A stretch of 64,000 nucleotides of DNA, taken from assembly GCF_030144855.1 (NCBI RefSeq), contig NC_082723.1, positions 16,244,001 to 16,308,000 on the forward strand, written 5' to 3'. Positions 1-13,009 of the stretch are shown piece after piece. The DNA comes from Hypanus sabinus. Its lineage: Eukaryota. Positions within the stretch are counted from its first letter, which is position 1. Each line of letters begins with the position of its first letter. The position numbers and the translations under genes were made by a program. The notes beneath the pieces were generated by a model. The model searched no databases. It saw nothing but the letters and a program-made list of their open reading frames with translations, and was not told the DNA's origin.

Positions 1-1573
1 GGGACTGAAGGCTGACAAATCCCCAGGTCCAGATGGTCTGCATCCTAGGGTACTAAAGGAGGTGGCCCTGGAAATTGCGGATGCATTGGTAATCATTTTC
101 CAATGTTCCTTAGATTCAGGATCAGTTCCTGAGGTTTGGAGAATGGCTAATGTTATCCCACTTTTTAAGAAAGAAGGGAGGGAGAAAACAGAGAACTATC
201 GACCTGTCAGCCTGACATCGGTGATGGGGAAGATGCTAGAGTCCATTATTAAGGACGAAATAGTGGCATATCTAGATAGCAGTGATAGGATTGGGCCGAG
301 CCAGCATGGATTTACCAAGGGTAAATCATGCTTGACTAATCTGTTGGAGTTTTTCGAGGATGTAACCAGGAAGTTAGACAGGGGAGATCCAGTGGATGTA
401 GTGTACCTCGATTTTCAGAAGGCATTTGATAAGGTCCCACATAGGAGATTGGTGGGTAAAATCAAAGCTCAGGGCATCGGGGGGAAGACATTGACATGGA
501 TAGAAAACTGGTTGGCAGATAGAAAGCAAAGGGTAGCGGTGAATGGGTGTTTCTCGGAATGGCAGGTGGTGACTACTGGGCTCGGCATTGGGACCACAGC
601 TGTTTACAATTTACGTCAACGATTTAGATGAAGGCATTGAGAATAACATCAGCAAATTTGCTGATGATACTAAGCTGGGTGGCAGTGTGACATGTGATGA
701 GGATGTTAGAAGAATTCAGGGTGACTTGGATTGGCTAGGTGAGTGGGCAGATACTTGGCAGATGACGTTTAATGTGAATAAGTGTGAGGTTATCCACTTT
801 GGGAGTAAGAACAGGAAGGCAGATTATTATCTGAACGGTGTAGAGTTAGGTAAGGGAGAAATACAAAGAGATCTAGGAGTCCTTGTTCATCAGTCACTGA
901 AGGTGAATGAGCAAGTGCAGCAGGCAGTGAAGAAGGCTAATGGAATGTTGGCCTTTATTACAAAGGGAATTGAGTACAAGAGCAAGGAAATCCTCTTGCA
1001 TTTGTACAGAGCCCTGGTGAGACACACCTGGAGTATTGTGTACAGTTTTGGTCTCCAGGGTTAAGGAAGGACATCCTGGCTGTAGAGGAAGTGCAGCGTA
1101 GATTCATGAGGTTAATTCCTGGGATGTCTGGACCGTCTTACACAGAGAGGTTAGAGAGACTGGGCTTGTACAGGCTGGAATTAAGGAGATTGAGAGGGGA
1201 TTTGATTGAAACATATAAGATTATTAAGGGATTGGACAAGATAGAGGCAGAAAATATGTTCCAGATGCTGGGAGAGTCCAGTACCAGAGGGCATGGTTTG
1301 AGAATAAGGGGTAGGTCATTTAGGACAGAGTTAAGGAAAAACTCCTTAGAGAGTTGTGGGGGTCTGGAATGCACTGCCTCGGAAGGTAGTGGAGGCCAAT
1401 TCTCTGGATGCTTTCAAGAAGAAGCTAGATAGGTATCTTATGGATAGGGGAATCAAGGGATATGGGGACAAGACAGGAACTGGGTATTGAAAGTAGATGA
1501 TTAGCCATGATCTCAGAATGGTTGTGCAGTCTCGAAGGGCTGAATGGTCTACTTCTGCGCCTATTGTCTATTG
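1..1573 (+). mobile_element. CR1-clade LINE, 3' part of ORF2 (reverse transcriptase) plus 3' tail; frameshifted
   Basis: ORFs 62-631, 588-1064 and 1091-1432 carry the CR1 RT motifs NYRPVSLTS, QHGFTKGKSCLTNL, VYLDFQKAFDKVPH, KFADDTKL and LYRALVR. The element ends in a short tandem tail (CTATTGTCTATTG). Confidence 0.95.
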
Positions 1574-1835
1574 ACTCAAGGCTGTAATTGCTGCCAAAGG
1601 TGCATCTACTAAATACTGGCTTGAAGGGGGTGAGTAATTATCCAATCAATTATTTTGTGTTTTTTACTTGTAATTAATTCAGATCACTTTGTAGGGATCT
1701 GTATTCACTTTGACAAGAGTCTTTTTCTGTCGATCAGTGTCTAAAAAAGCCAAATTAAATCCACTGTGATTCAATGTTGTAAAACAATAAAATATGAAAA
1801 CTTCCAAGGGGGATGAATGCTTTTTATAGATACTG
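1574..1835 (+). mobile_element. Tc1-like DNA transposon, right end (end of transposase plus TIR)
   Basis: The sequence reads LKAVIAAKGASTKY, a typical Tc1 transposase C-terminus. It is followed by an AT-rich TIR ending ...TACTG and a TA dinucleotide (1836-1837). The CR1 tail abuts it directly. Confidence 0.8.
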
Positions 1836-2109
1836 TACATATTATTTTAAAAGATTGGCTTTATTTGTCACACTTAGACATACAGTGAAATGTGCAGTCT
1901 GTGTCAAGGTGACGGAGGGACACCACAACTGTCGCAATGTTTCCAGCGTCAGAATCAGCATCTGGTTTATTATCACCAGCATGTGACATGAAATTTATTA
2001 GCAGCAGCAACAGTTCAATGCAATACATAATCTAGCAGAGAAAAATAATAATAATAAATAAACTAAATAATAATCATAATAATAAGTTGACAAGTAAATC
2101 AATTACATC

Positions 2110-2240
2110 AACATAGCATGCCCACAACTTACTAACCTTAACTCATCCTTCTTTGGACTGTGGGAGGAAACCAGAGCACCCAGAGGAAACCCACGTGGTC
2201 ATCGAGAGAAAGTGCAAGCTCCTTACAGACAGCGGAAACT
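2110..2240 (-). mobile_element. V-SINE-like fragment
   Basis: TTTGGACTGTGGGAGGAAACCAGAGCACCCAGAGGAAACCCACG is the reverse complement of the V-domain-type SINE core seen at 13010-13520. Confidence 0.7.
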
Positions 2241-2923
2241 CTTTCTCCCCTTTACTCAGCACTGGGATCATATCCCTCTCCCTATATTGCGCTGGGTGCC
2301 CCATCTCTCCTCTACTCTGCTGCCAAGAACTGGATACTGGCGTAAGATCTCACCAACGGATTACTGATCTTCTGAAAGAAGACCTTGAAGGGACAGAGGG
2401 CACTTCTTCAACCCTGAATTTTAAATTTTAGGCTCTTGATATTCGCTTGAAACCTCTCCGAGCTTACAGTGGGAGGAGTGTCCTCATTATCAACTGCTTG
2501 AGTAACAGCAGGAGTAAAAGTTCCCATCGTGGCACATGGGACGTTGGTGTTGATACATTAGGTATTAGGTACAGGAACCTTAGGTCCCACACCACCAGAT
2601 TCAGGAACAGTTATTACCCTTCAATAATCAGGCTCCTGAACAGCGTGGATAACTTCACTCACCTCAACACTGAGCACAACCCATGGACTCACTTTCAATC
2701 GCTCTACAGCTCGTGCTCTCTGTACTATCTATGTATTTTTCTCCGCATTTGCACTGTTTGTCTTTTGCACATTGTTTGTTTGGCTGTCTCTGTGTGTAGT
2801 TTTTCACTGATTCTATTGTATTTCTTTTCTCTACTGTGAATGCCTGCAAGAAAATTAATCTCGGGCTCATGTAGGGTGACGTACACGTATTTTGATAATA
2901 AATTTACTTTCAACTTTGAACAC

Positions 2924-4879
2924 TGCCATGGAAGGGTTTCCTTCCTGGACCTCTAACATTGAAGCTCTAACAACAGCAAGGGCCAAACTGTCCCAGGCCA
3001 TCAGAGGGGCAAAGCATGCACACGCCCAGCGAATCCACAGTCACCTCCAGGACAACGGCGACACACGGGGCATGTGGAAGGGCATCCAGGACATCACCAA
3101 ATACAGGACAACATCATCTGCCTGTGCTGGTGATGCCTCCCTCCCAGTTGCGCTGAACAACTTCTACGCTCGTTTCGAGGCAGAAAATGAGGTGGCGAGG
3201 AAGACCACTCCTCCTTCCAAAGACCAGGTGCTGTGTCTCACCGTGGCCGATGTGAGAAGAACCCTGTGCAGAGTCAACCCACGGAAGGCCGCTGGACCAG
3301 ACAACATCCCTGGTAGAGTGCTCAGAGGATGTGCAGACCAACTAGCAGATGTTCTCACTGACACCTCCAACATCTCTCTGAGCAGCGCCACCATTCCAAC
3401 GTGCTTCAAGGCCGCCACCATCGTCCCTGTACCGAAGAAGTCTTCAGTGTCCTGCCTAAATGACTACCGTCCCACTGCACTTACATCCATCATCATGAAG
3501 TGTTTCGAGAGGCTCGTCATGAGGCATATCAAGACCCTGCTGCCCCCCTCACTGGACCCCCTGCAGTTCGTGTACCGTCCCAACTGCTCAACAGACGACG
3601 CCATTGCCATCACCCTCCACCTGGCCCTAATCCACCTGGACAAAAAAGACACTTACGTTCGAATGCTGTTCATAGACTTCAGTTCAGCATTCAACACAAT
3701 CATCCCTCAGAAACTGATTGGAAAGCTGAGCCTACTGGGCCTGATCCCTCTGCAACCGGATCCTAGACTTCCTGACTGGGAGACCTCAGTCAGTCCAGAT
3801 CGGGAACAGCATCTCCAACACCATCACACTGAGCATAGGGGTTCCCCAGGGCTGTGTGCTCAGTCCACTGCTGTTCACTCTGCTGACCCACGACTGTGCT
3901 GCAACACACAGCTCGAACCACATCATCAAGTTCGCCGATGACACGACCATGGTGGATCTCATCAGCAAGAACGATGAGTCAGCTTACAGAGAGGAGGTGC
4001 AGCGGCTAATGGGCCGGTGCAGAGCCAACAACCTGTCTCTTAATGTGAACAAAACAGAAGAGATGGTTGTTGACTTCAGGAGGGCATGGAGTGACCACTC
4101 CCCACTGAACATTGACGGCTCCTCGGTAGAGATCACAAAGAGCACCAAATTTCTTGGTGTTCACCTGGCAGAGAATCTCACCTGGTCCCTCAACACCAGC
4201 TCCATAGCAAGGAAAGCCCAGCAGCATCTCTACTTTTTGCGAAGGCTGAGGAAAGTCCATCTCCCACCCCCCACCCCATCCTCATCACATTCTACAGGGG
4301 TTGTATTGAGAGCATCCTGAGCAGCTGCATCACTGCCTGGTTCAGAAATTGCACCATCTCGGATCGCAAGACCCTGCAGCGGATAGTGAGGTCAGCTGAG
4401 AAGACCATCAGGGTCTCTCTTCCTGCTATTACAGACATTTACATTACACACTGCACCCACAAAGCAAACAGCATTATGAAGGACCCCACGTACCCCTCAC
4501 ACAAACTCTTCTCCCTCCTGCCATCTGGGAAAAGGCTCCGAAGCATTCGGGCTCTCATGACCAGACTATGTAACAGTTTCTTCCCCCAAGCCATCAGACT
4601 CCTCAATACTCTGAGTCTGGACTGACATCTATATAATTTATTATAATATTGTAGTTTGTCCTCTACTGTGCCTATTGTCTTGTTCATGAATTATTGTACT
4701 GCCCTGCACTGTTTTGTGCACTTGTTGTTTTACGTAGTCTAGTGTAGCCTTTTGCTGTCTCACATAGTCGAGTGTAGTTTTGTTTCATGTAGCACCAGGG
4801 TCCTGGAGGAACGTTGTTTCATTTTTATTGTGTACTGTACCAGTAGTTTATGTTCGAAATGACAATAAACTTGACTTGA
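2924..4879 (+). mobile_element. Rex1/Babar-clade LINE, 5'-truncated, with frameshifted RT
   Basis: ORFs 2892-3941, 3856-4320 and 4386-4625 contain [62 protein letters not shown] and SFFPQAIRLLN. The 3' end is AATAAA followed by CTTGACTTGA. Confidence 0.93.
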
Positions 4880-5765
4880 TATCTCAGGGATACCCACTGG
4901 CTTCAAACTGCCTAGGAAAATCCTGGTGACTTGCCTCAGTGACTATCGTCCAGTAGCACTTATATACACAGTGATGAAGTTCTTTTGAGAGGCTGGTGAT
5001 GAAACATATCAACTCCTGCCTGAGAAGTGACTTGGATCTGCTCCAATCTGCCTACAAGAGCAACAGGTCGACAGCAGCCGCCATCTCAGTCTGGAACCCT
5101 GAACATCAACGCTGGAACATCTGGACTGCAAAGATGCACACATCAGGATGCTCGTTATCGACTACAGCTCAGCATTCAATACTATCATCCCTCAGAACTA
5201 AGTAATAGAACTTCAAGACTTTAGCCTCAATACCTCCTTGTGCAATTGGATCCAATTTCCTCACTTGCAGACCCCAATCAGTTTGGATTGGCAACAACAT
5301 CCCCTTCGTAATCTCCATCAGCACACGTGCTCCACAAGGCTGTGTGCTTAGCCCTCTGCTCAATTATCTTCACACTTATGGCTGTGAGGCTAAGCACAGC
5401 TCCAATGTCATGTCTAAGTTTGCTGACACCACCACAGTCATTGGCCAAATCAAAAGCGGTGATAAATCAGCGTTTCGCAGGGAGGTTCAAAACCTGGCTG
5501 AGTGCTGCCACAACAACAACCTCTTGCTCAATGTCAGCAAGGCCAAGGACCTGATTATTGATTTCAGGAGAAGGAAACCAGAGGTCCACGAGCCAGTCCT
5601 CATGATGGAGAGGATCAGAAACCTTAAATTAAATTATTGGTATTATTATTTTGAAGGACCTGTCCTGGGCCCAGCACTTTAGGGCAATTAATTAAGGGCA
5701 AGGAAAGTACATACAGCTATGTCTCTTCTTCTTTAGAACTTTACCAAGATTTGACATGACATCTA

Positions 5766-8322
5766 CAGTGGTGCTAGAAAGTTGGAGGGCTCCGTAGAAT
5801 TTTCTCTATTTCTGCATAAATTATAATCAGATCGTCACATTAGTCCTAGAACTACATAAAGAGAACTCAATTAGATGGATAGCACAAAAAACATTATACT
5901 TTATTTATTTATTAAGAAAAATGATCCACTATTACATGTATTTGTTGGAAAAACTATGTGAGTCTTTGCATTCAGTAACTTGTGTGACCCCATTGTACAA
6001 CAATAACTTCAACCAAACACTTCCTTGCGTGCACTGCATGCTTCGGGTCCTTCCACAACATTCCTATAGGATTAAGGTCAGGACTTTGACGCAGCCATTC
6101 CAAAAGCACAAATTTTCTTCTTTTTAAACCATTTTGTTGTCGATTTACTCTTGTCCTTTGGATCATTGTCTTGTTGCATTTTCCATCTTCTATGAAGCTT
6201 CAGGTGACGGACTGCTACCCTGACGTTCTCCTGTAAAATGCCATGATACCATTTTGAATTCATTGTTCCCTCAGAGACTGCAAGCTGCCCAGGCCCTGAT
6301 ATAGCAAAGCAGCCCCAAACCATGCTCCTTCCACCATGCTTCATAGTTAAGATGAGGTTTTGGTGTTGATGTGCCATGTCCTTTTGCCTCCAAGTATAGC
6401 AGCTTGCACTTTTGCCAAAAAAATTTGTTTTGTCTCATCTGTACACGGAACAGTGCCCCAGAAGTGTTATAGAACATCCAGGTGGTCTTTTGCAAACTTG
6501 AGATGTGGAGCTATTTTTTTTTTGGAGAGCAGTGGTTTCCTCCAAGGTGTCCTTCCATGAGCACCATTCTTCTTCAGTGTTTTTCTTATAGTGGTTTCAT
6601 GGTCCGGTCAGTGAAATCCGCGTTCCAGTTCACGGTCTGGTCCATATACTCTGCACTTCGGGTCTTCCGGCTGTCCCTTGTTTCAGTCGGGCTTAATCAC
6701 AGGCACCTGATGCTCGTCTTGGGGCTGGGAATATAAGTGGCCCTGGGTTCAAGTATGGGTGCTGATTTGTCTTGTCAGTAGCCTGTCCTTGTCTCTGTGG
6801 GGTGAGTCTGGCTGTTACCCTGTGGTTGGATCTGGCCCTTCTTGTCCTTGCCTCTGTTGGGTAAGCCAGGCTGTTTTTGCTGTTTACCTGAGGCTGGTCT
6901 GTTCCCTTCCCTCCCCCTTCTTTGGAAGCCTTTGCCTGTATTGCTGTCAAGTTCTATTGGAGCCTTGCTCTGTCTAGATAATGAACTGTCTATTGTTGTT
7001 TGGAACTGTCTCTGTGTCCATGCCTTTGCTAGGTAGGTCTGGCTGTTTGCTGCTACCTTCTGTTGGGGATTGTCTCTGTGTATGAGTCCTGGCCCTATGT
7101 CCTGCTCCCTAGGAGGGGTCCTGACTCTATGTAGAGCCCTGGCCCCAAGTCCTGTTCCCAAGGAGGGGCCCTAGCTCTGTGTTCCCTGTTCTGCCAAGAC
7201 CAAGGTTTTGGGGTCTTGTCCTGTCCTTGTGCCTTGCCCAGCCCAGGAGAGCCTTGGAGAATCCAAGCATTGTCCAATCCTGTAGCCACGTCATGTCTTC
7301 ACCTTGTTCTGGAGTCTGAACCCAAGTCAAGTCCCAGGTTCTGGGTCCTTGCCCAGTCTCTGGTTTGGAGTCCAGACCCAAGCCTTGAAGGACCCCAGTC
7401 CTGTAGCCACGTCATGTCCTTGCCTAGTTCTGGGGTCTGGGTCTGAGCCTGAGTCAAGACCCAGGTTCTGGGTCCTTGGCCAGTCTCTGACTCGGAGTCC
7501 AAGCCCAGGCTCCTAGTTCCCAGTTCCTCGTCCTGGTCCTGCTTTCCTAGCCCAAGTCTGTGTTCCAGCCCCTGCTCCTAGTCTGTGTCCTGTCCTGGCC
7601 TTAAGCCTAGTCCAGTCCAGTTCCTAGTACTTCAGTGACTGTGTCTTGTGTTTGGGTCTGTTCCCAGTGCCTTCACGTGTCAAGTACTTTCGCAAGTACT
7701 AAAGATTTCTGCAGATCTTTTGCTGTTACCTTGGTTTTTTTTTTACCTCCTTCAGCTTTGCACATTGTGCTGTTGGTGTGATCTTTGCTGGATGCCACTC
7801 TTAGGGAGAGTAGCAACAGTACAAAGTTTCCTCCATCTGGAGATTATTTTTCCCTGTGGACTGATCAACACTGAGGTCTTTACAAATGCTTTCGTAGCCT
7901 TTTCCAGCTTCATGCATCTCTACGTTTCTCCTAATGTCCTCTGAAAGTTGTTTTGATTGGTGCATGGTGCACATAAACATATGTTTCTTGGGAAGAGCTG
8001 GCTTTGTCAGTAACCTGACTTTGTGTGTCTTTTTTACGGGGCAGGGCACCTCTACAACCCACACCTCCGGTCTCATCTCAGACTAAAACACCTGACTCCA
8101 CATAGCTTTTCTAGGGGCATTACCCCCAAGGCTCACATACTATTTCCAATGAATACATGTAATAGTGGTTCATTTTTTTCATAAATAAATGAACAAATAT
8201 AATATTTTTAATATTTAATTGGGTTCTCTTTAGGACTTGTGTGAAGATCTGATCACATTTTAGGTCATATTTATGCAGAAATAGAGAAAATTCTACATGT
8301 TTCAAACTTCCTAGCACTGCTG
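5766..8322 (-). mobile_element. Tc1-family DNA transposon with ~200-bp TIRs and a decayed transposase
   Basis: The ends are TA|CAGTGGTGCTAGAAAG... and ...CTTCCTAGCACTGCTG|TA, and both TIRs share GTAGAATTTTCTCTATTTCTGCATAAA. Minus-strand remnants include MHQSKQLSEDIRR..HEAGKGY (7801-8076), KHGGRSMVWGCF and QQDNDPK (6078-6377), and WLRQSPDLNPI (5972-6166). Confidence 0.92.
6595..7682 (+). mobile_element. Solo LTR, family A copy 1, inserted in the Tc1 transposase
   Basis: It is collinear with 38555-39431. Termini are degenerate (TTTCAT...GTGTCA versus TGTCAT...ATGACA). A TATA-like TATAAG lies near 6732, and there is an internal ~120-bp tandem duplication (units begin near 7279 and 7399). Strand is tentative. 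Confidence 0.75.
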
Positions 8323-9516
8323 TAAAACTTTGGAAAACTTCTAGAGGTGTGTGGTGGAGAGTACATTGACCGGCTGCATCACAGCCTGGTATGGAAATAC
8401 CAATGCCCTTGAATGGAAAATTCTACAAAAAGTAATGGATATGGCCCAGTCCGTCACCGGTAAAATCATCCCCACCACTGAGCACATCTACACGAAGTGT
8501 TGTCACAGGAAAGCAGCATCCATCAGCAGGGATCCCCACCACCCAGGTCATCCTCTCTTCTTGCTGCTGCCATTTGGAAGAAGGTACAGGAGCCTCAGGA
8601 CTCCCAGTACCAGGTTATTACCTCTCAGCCATCAGGGTCTTGAACAAAAGGGATAACTTCACTTGCCCCATCACTGAACTGTTCCCACAACCTATGAGCT
8701 CACTTTCAAGGACTCTTCATCTCGTGCTCCCGATATTTATTTATTATTACTTCTTTCTTTGTTTTGTATTTGTACGGTCTGTTGTCCTTTACACGGTGGT
8801 TGAACACCCGTTGGTGCAATCTTTCATTGATTCTATTACGGTTAATATTCTATTATGGATTTATTGAGTATGCCCACAAGAAAATGAATCTCATGACGTA
8901 TATGTACTTAGATAGAAGTTTTACTTTGAACTCTATTCACGTTTTCTGTTTTATTTATAAAAGTGTCAGAAAGATCAATTGAATAAATGAGCTCCACTTT
9001 GTACTTATCTTGTAATTAGAATCTCGAGAGGTTTTCAGTATAAACACCAGGGTTGTGTTCCAGACCCCGGGCTCTCAGAATCTAAGTTGAACTTTACCAG
9101 CAGATTTTTACATAGCCATCAATCCCTTAACAGGAATGGGTTAAAAGCTACTTTAAAATTGAGCAGCTCTTTAATGTGCAGAGAGAACGGAAACCTTTCT
9201 GTGAGTCCTCTCCTGTTCAGAAATCCTTCCTCTGACTGCTTCCTACAAATTGCTTTAGGACTTCGGTTCCGCTTCAGCTACTTCCCAGTGGTGAGTGAGA
9301 ATCCGTGCACGGGAAAAGTCCATCCTTTAGTTAATTCATGAGCAGCACAGCCTTGATAAACGCTTAATTTTGGAGACTTTGATGCTTTCATCACATTAGA
9401 AGTTTATTTTATTTTCACTTAAAGGAAAATGTATTTAAATTTAAAGAATATATTCAAATCCAGGGTCATTGATGTGAGTCTCCATCAGTTTCAAAGTAGT
9501 TCTTGCATGCGTCTCA

Positions 9517-9530
9517 CCACTAGAGGGCGG
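9517..9530 (+). promoter_or_regulatory. Candidate CTCF binding site
   Basis: CCACTAGAGGGCGG matches the CTCF core consensus CCACNAGRKGGCRS and sits in non-repetitive DNA. Confidence 0.6.
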
Positions 9531-11104
9531 TCTTTCGTTCTACAGACCACTCCACTGCATGACGTGTATTACCGAGCCTGACATTATATTATTATTTACT
9601 GACTTTTTTGAGAACCACAGCTTGGTAACAGACCCTTCTGGCCCAATGAGCCCACTCCACCCAGTTACACCAACGTGGCATTATTAATAAAAATATATTG
9701 CATGTTCTTTCCATGTGTGATTAAAGTATTCACTGGATTTGTGTAGAGTGATTTGGAAGTGCTTTACATTATAGTTGAAAGGCATTTATTAGAAGTGGCT
9801 CTGGTGAGGGGCTATTACGGGAGGATTATGGGGGTGCCTTGTTTTTTTGGTCACTGTGCCTACAACACATGGAGTGGACACTTGGGTTGATGGCATCAGA
9901 TTTCTGAATGGCCCATAAACCCATAAGCACCTCCATGTTATTCCTCTTGCACTATTTATTTATATTTGTAACATGGTAACGTTTGTCTTACTACTGCCAC
10001 AAAACAACAAATCTCACAATATCCGTCAGATAATAAACCTGATTCTGATGTGCTGCGTGATCTTTCTCAGGGAGGAAGCGTGTTTGCATGCACACACTTC
10101 TTCATAGTCTCCTGGGGCTGAGCTTGCCTACCTTCCACAGCAGTTACAGGGGATCTGGACCAACCCCTGAGGCCCATACATTACCTGCAGATTCTCTGCC
10201 ACTTTGTACAACAGTACGGGCACTTTGGCCCACAATGTTGTGCTGACCATTTAACCTAATCTACCATCAATGCAACCCTTCCCTCCTACACCGAGACAAC
10301 AGGTCTAGGAGAGTACTGCACCACGTGCTGGACTATCCAAGACTAGAATCGAGTCTGAGAGGAGAATTGGGTTCTTGACTAGATGAAAATCCAAATGAGA
10401 CAGAAATCCTAAACCAAAATTGACCTGAGTTCAGGTGCTCTTTAAATACCCCAAACAGTAGCGGCAAAACATGGCCACCAATTAGCGGAGCGGGGCTGAA
10501 TCTTTAAAGTGATTACAGCAGCTCTCCGAACTCCGGAGAATCGGATTGTCTAAACCTCAGAGGATGGTGGGGTTGGGTGCATACAGTAATGTACACTACC
10601 CAACAATTTTTCTTTTCCCTCTTAAATGTCCCTAATATATCAGGCTCTACCATCTGCCCTGGCAGAATAAATTGTTTAAAAGATTACCTCTGACATTGCC
10701 CCTAAATTTTCCTCCACTCACCTTAAAAGGATTTCTCCTGGTGTTCTCCATTGCCGCTCTGGGAAAAAGGTGCTGGCTGCCCACTCTAACTAACGTACTC
10801 ATTATCCCATACATCTCGCTCCAAGGACAAAAAGCCAAGCTTACTCAACCATTCTTTATACGATGTGCTCTCTAATCCAGGCAGCATCCTGGTAAATCTC
10901 CTCCGCGCCCTTCCACACTCCTCCCATAAAGAGGTACTGACGGGGACAAGCAGCCATTCACCCTTGGCCTGACCCAGTCCTGAGTGCCCCCCAGCCAGAC
11001 ACTCCACGCATCGAGGTTACCTTTCTTCAAGGTCAATTTCGGATGTCCTGGAGGTGTCTTCTAGAAGTTACTTGGCGTAACTAAACCCAGAGTTGAATGA
11101 ACGT

Positions 11105-11200
11105 GGTACTGATGAAGGGTCTCAGCCCGAAGCATCGACTGTTTATTCTTTTCTGTAGATGCTACCTGACCTGCTGAGATCTCCAGCATTTTGTACACGT
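11105..11200 (+). mobile_element. Penelope-derived short element with a degenerate hammerhead motif
   Basis: CTGATGAAGGGTCTCAGCCCGAAGCATCGACTG...GATGCTACCTGACCTGCTGAG..CCAGCATTTTGT matches the 3' end of the PLE at 47720-48870. Confidence 0.8.
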
Positions 11201-11282
11201 TATTCAGAGGTGAGTGCTTGCTTCAATGTCAGGCATGCGGTCAGTGTAGTCCTCACCACAAAGGCAGCTGAGTGTGATTATA

Positions 11283-11358
11283 GCACGGGTTACCTTGGAT
11301 ACTGTGGATCCTTACCACCTACCGAGGGACCCTCGCACCCCAGGTTAGGGACCACTGG
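11283..11358. mobile_element. Short hAT-type MITE remnant
   Basis: It resembles the short element at 32662-32728 (CA.GG...CCCCAGGTTAGGGACCACTG). Confidence 0.45.
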
Positions 11359-12154
11359 CTTGATGTCGGTGCTTTTCTCTCGGGAGAGGTGGTTTGTCCT
11401 GCAGGCTGCTCGGTTTAACTTTGTTGGGGGGGGGGGAACATATTTGGATTCATTCTGAGGGAGAGCATGAACTTCCATTTAGAAGGGTACCATTTAACTT
11501 GGGGCAATCGATGTGCATTCACAAAAGGAAGGTGAATACCTTGATTATTTGGGGGGGGGGGTCACGATGCAGATTGATGAGGGCAGTGTGTTTGATTAAA
11601 TCTATGTGGATCTTAGCAAGGTTTTTGATAAACAGGTCTGGAGAGTAAAGGCTAGCGGAATCCAAGGAGAAGTGGCAAAGTGGACTCAAAACTATCAGAG
11701 ACAATACGATTCCCACTGTTAGGAAATTCTTGTTCAAGTTGAAAGGCTGGAAATAAAAGCAAAGGTTAGCATAAAACCATCAGACTATTGGTCATAATGT
11801 GAGTGGTTTACCAACATAGAACAGTCCAGCTCAGTACAGGCCCTTCAGCCCACAATGTTGTGCTGACCTTGCAACCAACTCCAAGATCAATCTAACTCTT
11901 CCCTCCCACATGGCCTTCCATTTTCCTATCATCTATGTGTCTGAGTTTCTTAAATGCTCCTATGGTATCTGTCTTGAATACCACCCCTGGGAGGGTGTTC
12001 CATGCACCCACCTCTCTCTGTGTAAAGACATCCCTCTACACTTTCCTCCAATCACCTTAAAATGATGTCTCCTCACATTAGTCATCCTGTTGGGAAGGGA
12101 ACTGGTCTGGCTGAAAAATGCCTCTTGGCTTGGACCAATGAATTGACCCAACAA

Positions 12155-12500
12155 TTAACAACAACAGCAACTTGCTTTCACAGAATCTTTTTCAACCGCG
12201 TAAAATGTCCCAAGGCACATCATTAGCAGAGGACATCTGACACCAGGTCACGTAATCTTGGAGATCGTGGGACAGTTGGGCAAGAGCTTGCTTGAAAGAG
12301 GCAGATTATAAAGAACGTCTTAAAGGAGGTTGGAGAGTTAGATTTAGGGAGAGAATTTCAGAGGTTGGGGTCAACACAGCCAAAGATTCAGTCTCCCACG
12401 TTGCTGGGCAACTAAGCAACACTGGGGTGTGGGGGGGTTGTGCACAGACCTCAGAGTTTTGTGGGGTTGGATGAAATTGTAGAACGGAGAGGACTGTGAA
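12155..12500 (-). mobile_element. Old L2-clade LINE 3' end
   Basis: An (AAC)n tail followed by CTTGC...AAATGTCCCAAGGCAC...GTCTTAAAGGAGG...TTTAGGGAGAGAATTTCAGAG resembles chondrichthyan L2 3' ends as I recall them. A similar remnant lies at about 33050-33200. Confidence 0.55.
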
Positions 12501-12619
12501 AATGCAAGTGGATGGAACTGTCTGAGGGGCCTCTTTGATTTTAAATCACAGTCCATTCTGCTGTCCCAGAGCCAGACACAGAAGGTATCACTGAATTACT
12601 TCAAAGCTGGTTAGTAATT

Positions 12620-12760
12620 GCCAGTGTTCTGGCTAATATCCAACCCTTGCCCTCAACATGATCTTTCATTATCACGGCGCTCTCTGTGGGAGCTTGCTCT
12701 ATATTAACGGTTATCGAGAGTACTGACAGGTTCTGACCTGCTTTCCTACTGTAAGAGGTG
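12620..12760 (+). mobile_element. DeuSINE/SacSINE1-like fragment
   Basis: GTGTTCTGGCTAATAT...TCATTATCAC...TGTGGGAGCTTGCT resembles the conserved Deu-domain region. Confidence 0.5.
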
Positions 12761-13009
12761 TTACAGAGTGAGGTGTGGGGGCAGGGGAGGGGGGGAAAGG
12801 GGCAGCTCTAGCTCAAGACCACCACCACTACCCAAGGAATTATTAAGTGTGTTATAGGCTTACATGATACTAGTAAGTTATGTGGGTTTTTTAAAGCACC
12901 CCTGATGAAGGGACCTTCAATTAAGTTCTCTGAGATCCCACTCATCTCCAGAAGCAGGTTCACAAGCACCCCACAGGCAGTGTGGTCAGTCAGGAAAGAA
13001 TCGAACGTC

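Larger units (their letters stand above)
4885..8930 (+). mobile_element. Second Rex1/Babar LINE, split by a Tc1 insertion at 5766-8322
   Basis: RT remnants lie at 4885-5765 ([33 protein letters not shown]). After the Tc1 the reading resumes at 8325 (..KTLENF*RCVVESTLTGCITAWYGN, ORF 8351-8656) and continues into the 3' UTR. Confidence 0.85.
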
